Shown here: positions 23,773-28,938 of the stretch, piece by piece
Position numbering within the stretch: position 1 is the first letter of the stretch
Layout: every line of letters begins with the position of its first letter
Assembly: GCA_046881885.1 (NCBI GenBank)
Contig: JBKSMP010000015.1
Span: 1 to 28,938, forward strand
DNA from: Opitutales bacterium
GTDB lineage: Bacteria; Verrucomicrobiota; Verrucomicrobiia; Opitutales; UBA9783
Direction: 5' to 3'
DNA: 28,938 nt
The notes under the pieces: generated by a model
Seen by the model: only the letters and a program-made list of their open reading frames with translations
The model's database searches: none
Told to the model about the DNA's origin: nothing
Translations under genes and position numbers: made by a program

Positions 23773-24702
23773 TTATCTATTTGGCGGAGTAACGAGGTAA
23801 AAGACACTGCTTGCCTGTTGAAAAACAATGATTGCATTATCTTTTTTAGTGATAAAAGGTATGATATTTTGATTCTGAGGATGCCTCTCTTTTTCCATAC
23901 CATCTTCAAACAACATAACAACGGAATCTGAAAAATAAATTATGGGGCGTCTTAAGGTTTTTGATGCTTTCGCAAAAAATGTTATTGATCCAAAACACTT
24001 CCAATAAAAAGCTTCAAGCCTATCAAGATTTACTTTTAAATCGTATTCTATTACATACTCTTTTACTAACTCAAGAGGACTAGAGCTGCAGATTTCACTT
24101 ATAGTAAAGCCTGCTTTTTCTAGAAAAGAACGGCCTGAGCTTTCGAGCGATTCGGATCTTTCTTTTGATAAACAGAAAGAGTGGTTCTGTAAGGTATTAC
24201 TCTGTGTTGTACGAAGAGTGTTTTGCGGTTTTGTACTATGTCGAATGCCTGTTTGCATATTTGTTGTATGCACGGTAATTGTTTTTTTCAATTCAAATTT
24301 TGTTGAGCTTGGAGTTGGGGGGTTCTGATTGTTTGTTGATATTATAGTATAAAGAAATTTTGGTACAGGTCTAAATGCAGACATATTGTTGGTTCTTGTT
24401 TGTTGACTAGCATTTGTTTCTAGTAACTTCGGTAGCATAGCGTAAGGTTTACCTTCAAGTTGTGATAAATCAAACTTGAGTTGTGTTGCACTGGGGACAA
24501 AACTTGCTGGTGTTACACCAAACCGGCTGTTGGCAATTGCTTGATGGCTATTTGTTTCTGACAATCTAGGCCCCTTTTCGATATGTTTTTCGGTTTCTTG
24601 GGATGATTTTCCCTCTGATTTTCCACCCCTACCTCCATATACAACTGTTGTTACCGCTAGCGTCCCTGCCAACAATCCTACATATTTTTTGATATTCTTC
24701 AT
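23773..24702 (-). CDS. Hypothetical secreted protein (signal peptide, Ser/Thr/Asn/Gln-rich linker, C-terminal globular part)
   Basis: 309-codon ORF. N-terminus MKNIKKYVGLLAGTLAVTTVVYGG is signal-peptide-like. No SD seen and no family recognised. Confidence 0.55.
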   Translation of the reverse strand: MKNIKKYVGLLAGTLAVTTVVYGGRGGKSEGKSSQETEKHIEKGPRLSETNSHQAIANSRFGVTPASFVPSATQLKFDLSQLEGKPYAMLPKLLETNASQQTRTNNMSAFRPVPKFLYTIISTNNQNPPTPSSTKFELKKTITVHTTNMQTGIRHSTKPQNTLRTTQSNTLQNHSFCLSKERSESLESSGRSFLEKAGFTISEICSSSPLELVKEYVIEYDLKVNLDRLEAFYWKCFGSITFFAKASKTLRRPIIYFSDSVVMLFEDGMEKERHPQNQNIIPFITKKDNAIIVFQQASSVFYLVTPPNR

Positions 24703-25130
24703 ATTTTTAATTGTTGTCAGATTGAGATACTTGCATCAATTTTTACATTATCAAGTTTTTTATTTGTATTTTTTTTTAAAACAATACTTTAAACACCAGA
24801 ACAAATTTCTTAAAAATTTTCCAAGCTAAGTTTTTTGTTTTATTTTGAGATTAGAATCCACTCGAAAACAGTGTTTTAAAGGTTAAAATTACGACTGCAA
24901 ATTTACTTCAAAAGACCTTGACAAACCACACCTATTTCACCTTGCAAAAAATCAGCTTAAAAAAAGAATGCAAAGCTCCCAAAAGCTAAATAAATAAAAG
25001 AAATAAAAAAATAAATAAAACCACTTGACGGTGCAAGTCTGCTTTAAGATGATAGAAGTGTTGCCTGAAATTGTGTCCGTAAGTCGTTTGGTGCTTATTC
25101 GCAATTAAGGTAAAAAATAGGAAAAAAATT

Positions 25131-27506
25131 ATGGCAATAAAGAAAATAATAAAAAGAGATGGTACGATCGTCCCCTTCCGGGAAGAACGTATCTTTAATG
25201 CCGTACACAAAGCCTTTTTGGCCACAGAAGGTGAGCCATGTGGCGGAGTGGTACAGCGCTTAACAGACCAAATCGTTGAAAACTTAGCGGCACGTTATCA
25301 CGAAAGAACGATTCCGGCCATTGAGGAAATTCAGGATACGGTTGAAAACGTATTGATGCAAGAAGGGTTTGCAGACGTCGCCAAAGCCTACATTTTGTAT
25401 CGCAATCAGCGGCATCGTTTACGTGAAGGCAAGGCACTTGTACTGGATATTGAAAAGACAATGGAAGGCTACTTGAGTCAAACCGACTGGCGCGTTAATG
25501 AAAACAGCAGTATTAATTACTCGTTGGGAGGACTTATCCTTCACAATGCGGGTGCGATTACAGCAAACTATTGGTTGCATCATATTTACAGTGAAGCCAT
25601 TGCGGATGCTCATAAAAATGGGGATTTTCATTTGCATGATTTATCGATGTTTTCGGGATATTGTGCAGGATGGAGCTTACGACAGCTTTTGGAACTTGGT
25701 TTCGGCGGTGTGCGCGGAAAAATCAATTCTAAACCTGCTAAACATTTTTCGACAGCCATTTGGCATATGATTAATTTCTTGGGCACAATGCAAAATGAGT
25801 GGGCCGGTGCACAAGCGTTTTCTAGTTTTGATACTTATTTGGCTCCTTTTGTTAAGAATGAGAATTTATCCTTTAAAGAAGTAAAACAGCATATACAAAG
25901 CTTTATTTATAGCTTAAATACACCTTCCCGCTGGGGAACTCAGCCGCCGTTTACAAACATAACGCTCGATTGGGTTTGTCCAGAAGATTTGGCAAATAAA
26001 CCAGCCATTATTGGTGGTAAAGAATGTGATTTTTGTTATAAAGATTGTCAGGCGGAAATGGATCTCATTAATCGTGCCTTCTTGGAAGTTATGCTTGAAG
26101 GTGACGCTAATGGTCGCGGTTTTGCCTACCCCATTCCGACGTATAATATTACACGGGATTTCAATTGGGAGAGTGAAAATGCGGAATTATTGTTCCAAAT
26201 GACAGCAAAATATGGAACACCTTACTTCCAAAACTTCATCAATTCTGACCTAAACCCTTCGGATGTTCGCAGTATGTGCTGCCGCTTACAGCTTGATAAG
26301 CGTGAATTACGTCGACGCGGTGGTGGCTTGTTTGGTGCGGATGAATTTACGGGTTCTATTGGCGTTGTAACCATCAATATGCCGCGTATTGGTTATTTGA
26401 GTAAAGACGAAGATGATTTCTTTGCTCGTTTGGATAAATTGATGGATTTAGCAAAAGATTCTTTGGAATGTAAGCGTAAGACCATTCAACATTTGATGCA
26501 ACAAGGCTTGTATCCCTACACCAAACGTTATTTGCGTAGTTTCGATAACCACTTCTCAACCATCGGTTTGGTTGGAATGCACGAATGTTGCTTAAACTTC
26601 CTCAAGAAGTCGATTGCATCCGAAGAAGGTTATGCCTTTACAGAAAAAGTTCTGCTGCATATGCGCGAGCGTCTCGCAAATTATCAGGAAGAAACCGGCA
26701 ATTTGTACAATCTTGAAGCAACACCGGCTGAAGGAACTTCGTATCGTTTAGCTAAGATCGACCACGAAAAGTTTGACGATATTATCCAATCGGGTACTGA
26801 CGATCCTTACTATACCAACTCCAGTAATTTGCCGGTCAGCTATACGGAAAACGTCTTTGAAGCACTCAAACTACAAGAAGGTTTTCAAACGAAGTATACC
26901 GGTGGTACTGTATTTCACGTATTTTTGGGTGAATCCTTACCGGATGCTCAATCGTGCCGTACACTTATCCAGCAAATTGTAAATAACTTCCGCATTCCTT
27001 ATGTTTCGATTTCGCCAACATTCTCTGTTTGCGAAAATCATGGACGTTTTGCCGGAAAGCAGGAATTTTGTCCGCATTGTGGTAGTGAAATGGAAATTTA
27101 CAGCCGCATCACAGGCTATTATCGTGCTGTTGGTTTCTGGAACAAAGGTAAAAAGGAAGAATTCAAAGATCGCGTTACTTACAAACCGGAACAGTCTCAT
27201 TTGTGCGGTTCTTGTGAGGCAAAAAAATGCGATCATGACATTTTCATTGAGCCTGAAACACATGCGGCTGATCAAAACACCTTGTTTTTCTTCAGTAATA
27301 CATGCGTAAAATGTCAACCCATGAAAGCGTTCCTAAAAGAACAAAACTTTGATGGGCAGTGGGTTAATACCTCTGAAGAAGCTGGTTTTGATTTGGCTAA
27401 AAAATATCAAGTTCGTAATTTGCCTGCATTGGTCGTTTTTAACCCAGATGCGCAAATTATCTATGATACAGAAGCGATTAAACAATGCGTAAGTATGGGT
27501 TCTTAA
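25131..27506 (+). CDS. nrdD: Anaerobic (class III) ribonucleoside-triphosphate reductase NrdD with C-terminal thioredoxin-fold extension
   Basis: N-terminal ATP-cone (IKRDGTIVPFREERIFNAVHKAF). Finger-loop SMCCRLQLD. Zn site CENHG...CPHCGS. Glycyl-radical motif SRITGYYRAVG, with the Gly codon at 27114-27116. About 129 aa follow the radical Gly, including FFFSNTCVKCQPMK (CxxC at 27303-27314) and NLPALVVF. Confidence 0.95.
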   Translation: MAIKKIIKRDGTIVPFREERIFNAVHKAFLATEGEPCGGVVQRLTDQIVENLAARYHERTIPAIEEIQDTVENVLMQEGFADVAKAYILYRNQRHRLREGKALVLDIEKTMEGYLSQTDWRVNENSSINYSLGGLILHNAGAITANYWLHHIYSEAIADAHKNGDFHLHDLSMFSGYCAGWSLRQLLELGFGGVRGKINSKPAKHFSTAIWHMINFLGTMQNEWAGAQAFSSFDTYLAPFVKNENLSFKEVKQHIQSFIYSLNTPSRWGTQPPFTNITLDWVCPEDLANKPAIIGGKECDFCYKDCQAEMDLINRAFLEVMLEGDANGRGFAYPIPTYNITRDFNWESENAELLFQMTAKYGTPYFQNFINSDLNPSDVRSMCCRLQLDKRELRRRGGGLFGADEFTGSIGVVTINMPRIGYLSKDEDDFFARLDKLMDLAKDSLECKRKTIQHLMQQGLYPYTKRYLRSFDNHFSTIGLVGMHECCLNFLKKSIASEEGYAFTEKVLLHMRERLANYQEETGNLYNLEATPAEGTSYRLAKIDHEKFDDIIQSGTDDPYYTNSSNLPVSYTENVFEALKLQEGFQTKYTGGTVFHVFLGESLPDAQSCRTLIQQIVNNFRIPYVSISPTFSVCENHGRFAGKQEFCPHCGSEMEIYSRITGYYRAVGFWNKGKKEEFKDRVTYKPEQSHLCGSCEAKKCDHDIFIEPETHAADQNTLFFFSNTCVKCQPMKAFLKEQNFDGQWVNTSEEAGFDLAKKYQVRNLPALVVFNPDAQIIYDTEAIKQCVSMGS

Positions 27507-28162
27507 AGCATTCACTCGTAGATTATCCCGGTGAAGTTTGCAGTGTTGTCTTCATGGCAGGCTGCAACTTCCACTGCCCCTATTGCCACAATGCAAATTT
27601 GGCAACTACGATCGAAAGTGAAGGCTGGGCTTTAAATGAAATCGTTGATTATCTTGTAGAAGCTAAAAGCCTTATTACTGCTGTCTGTATTTCCGGTGGT
27701 GAACCTACACTATATCCGGAAACTTTGAACTTTTTAGTCAACATCTTCAAAAAATTGGGCTTCAAGGTCAAAGTGGATACAAATGGTAGCCATCCGGAAC
27801 AAATCCAATCACTTAATGCTTTAGTTGATTATTTTGCAATGGATTTAAAGACGTCTTTAGCACGTTATTCAGAAGTTTGTAATGGGGATATCTGTAATCA
27901 AGTTGAACAATCGATACAACTTTTATTAAAACGCAACCCATCTGCTTACGAATTTCGAACGACGCTTGCTTGGGAATTTGTGAATGAAGAAGTAATAACG
28001 GATTTAGGTAAACGATTATCAAAGGATACCGCATGGTATCTACAACGTTGTCGTTATAATCCGCCGCTTTCTACTTCAGAGCTGACGCAAGAAACGGAAC
28101 GAATCCAAAAATTACTGACTTTAGCAAAACAGTATACAGATCGTGTTTTTTTTCGTGAATAA
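27485..28162 (+). CDS. nrdG: Anaerobic ribonucleotide reductase activating protein NrdG (radical SAM)
   Basis: GCNFHCPYCHN (CxxxCxxC radical-SAM cluster) and SGGEPTL. 225 aa. Overlaps the nrdD 3' end by 22 nt. Confidence 0.9.
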   Translation: MRKYGFLKHSLVDYPGEVCSVVFMAGCNFHCPYCHNANLATTIESEGWALNEIVDYLVEAKSLITAVCISGGEPTLYPETLNFLVNIFKKLGFKVKVDTNGSHPEQIQSLNALVDYFAMDLKTSLARYSEVCNGDICNQVEQSIQLLLKRNPSAYEFRTTLAWEFVNEEVITDLGKRLSKDTAWYLQRCRYNPPLSTSELTQETERIQKLLTLAKQYTDRVFFRE

Positions 28163-28289
28163 TTATTGACTTATACAAAAAAACAAATCACGATACTAAG
28201 TGGAGGAGAGACATCTTCTCGTGCTGTATGGCGGACTGAGAGCAACCCTTACGATGACACAAAAACTTAGCGTCCGCCTGCAGCATCTT

Positions 28290-28676
28290 TTATAAAAATG
28301 AGGGTTTTATTTTTTTAGTCTTTCCAGGATTTAACACAAAGTTTTCACCCTCAGACCAAGTTTCATCGTTAATTAACAACTTAAATTCAATTGGTTTTTC
28401 AGCCTTACAATCCCAATACCAATACGCCTTCTTTTCATCGTACTTTAAAGGAATGCCTTTATCCCAATTAAGTCCGCAACCTTCCCCGCGGATAAACAAA
28501 GTGTTTCCCCATCCTACATCGTAAGAAACTTGCACACTCGTCGTTGCCTTTTTCTTACAACCACACTTAGTTTTACCTTTGCCTTTACAAGCCTTCTTTT
28601 CACAAGAGTTTTCGCAAGAGCACTTTTTCTCCTTAACGATACACTTTTCTTCTAATTTTTTTTCTTCAATTTTCAT
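28290..28676 (-). CDS. Small protein: Lys/Cys-rich N-terminus plus CBM20-like (starch/glycogen-binding-like) beta domain
   Basis: 128 aa. The N-terminal 45 aa, KCSCENSCEKKACKGKGKTKCGCKKK, carry CxC/CxxxC clusters. The C-terminal VQVSYDVGWGNTLFIRGEG.GLNWDKGIPL...IEFKLLINDETWSEGENFVL follows the CBM20 pattern (G.N.yi.G....LGNWD....L....eyK.......WE.G.N). No signal peptide. Confidence 0.6.
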   Translation of the reverse strand: MKIEEKKLEEKCIVKEKKCSCENSCEKKACKGKGKTKCGCKKKATTSVQVSYDVGWGNTLFIRGEGCGLNWDKGIPLKYDEKKAYWYWDCKAEKPIEFKLLINDETWSEGENFVLNPGKTKKIKPSFL

Positions 28677-28938
28677 AAGTTATCCTACTTTATTCTAGTC
28701 TATAATTTTTTGAATAACTTTGCAAGTGTTTTTAATTTATCAACTGTGAACTGCAACCTTTTACCTTTTGTGTTACTTTTTAAACTTGAACTTTCAAAAT
28801 AGGGTTCCTGCAAAAGTCGGAGATGAAAAACTTTGGTATGCCGCATGAATAATGAAAAAAGCGGTCGTTTCAAGGGGGCTAAAATTTTTTGATATTATTT
28901 TTCGCTCTTCAGACCGCATAGATACTGAATTTACTGGC

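Noticed and set aside
24703-25130. Search for NrdR boxes (two ~16-bp palindromes resembling acaCwAtATaTwGtgt) or a riboswitch in the 428-bp AT-rich region upstream of nrdD.
   Set aside because: No palindromic ACAC..GTGT pair was found. I saw only a direct CACCT-N4-CACCT, low-complexity A/T runs, and a weak TTGACG-N17-GATGAT promoter candidate (about 25026-25054). There is not enough to call a regulatory feature.
28794-28938. Open reading frame on the minus strand running in from the right window edge (…MRSEERKIISKNFSPLETTAFFIIHAAYQSFSSPTFAGTLF*).
   Set aside because: Only about 48 codons are visible, with no recognisable motif. I cannot tell a real gene 3' end from chance, and would need sequence beyond the window.
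1-28938. Scan for mobile elements, CRISPR arrays, tRNA/rRNA genes and defence-system hallmarks.
   Set aside because: I found no transposase, integrase or recombinase motifs and no terminal inverted repeats. There are no regularly spaced direct repeats, no cloverleaf-compatible intergenic sequence, and no nuclease, helicase or methylase signatures. The only repeats are the in-frame ones inside the 562-aa ORF and sctV.

Overview
Low-GC bacterial chromosomal segment (about 40% GC from hand counts of sampled lines), dominated by protein-secretion genes.

Left to right:
- An edge-truncated, very AT-rich ORF with an HExxH motif, two small hypothetical genes, and ychF.
- An 11-gene type II secretion (T2SS) operon in the order gspG, four minor pseudopilins (H/I/J/K-like), L-like, M-like, gspD, a small acidic secreted protein, gspE, gspF.
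- An isolated type III secretion pair: a YscY-like TPR chaperone and the Ysc-type export gate SctV.
- A convergent FlgJ/LytD-type glucosaminidase.
- A tightly packed + strand gene string preceded by a sigma54-type -24/-12 element. It holds two small ORFs, a FlgN-like protein, a 58-aa CsrA that is missing from the supplied ORF track, and a 562-aa AT-rich repeat protein.
- Right third: a DAACS-family transporter, an extended-SDR/3beta-HSD-like dehydrogenase, two hypotheticals, anaerobic ribonucleotide reductase nrdD (with a C-terminal thioredoxin-fold CxxC extension), nrdG, and a small Cys/Lys-rich CBM20-like protein.

I saw no rRNA, tRNA, CRISPR array, transposase or integrase.

The best candidate for an undescribed system is the FlgN-like/CsrA/repeat-protein module beside sctV. 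It could be a chaperone-CsrA post-transcriptional switch tied to a non-flagellar T3SS.

Other points worth a second look: both secretion loci appear to start with leaderless mRNAs, the NrdD-thioredoxin fusion, and the atypical T2SS layout.

The gene content (scattered T3SS genes, T2SS, sigma54 element) suggests a host-associated, possibly chlamydia-like/PVC organism, but that is inference only. All family calls come from motif recall, not database searches.
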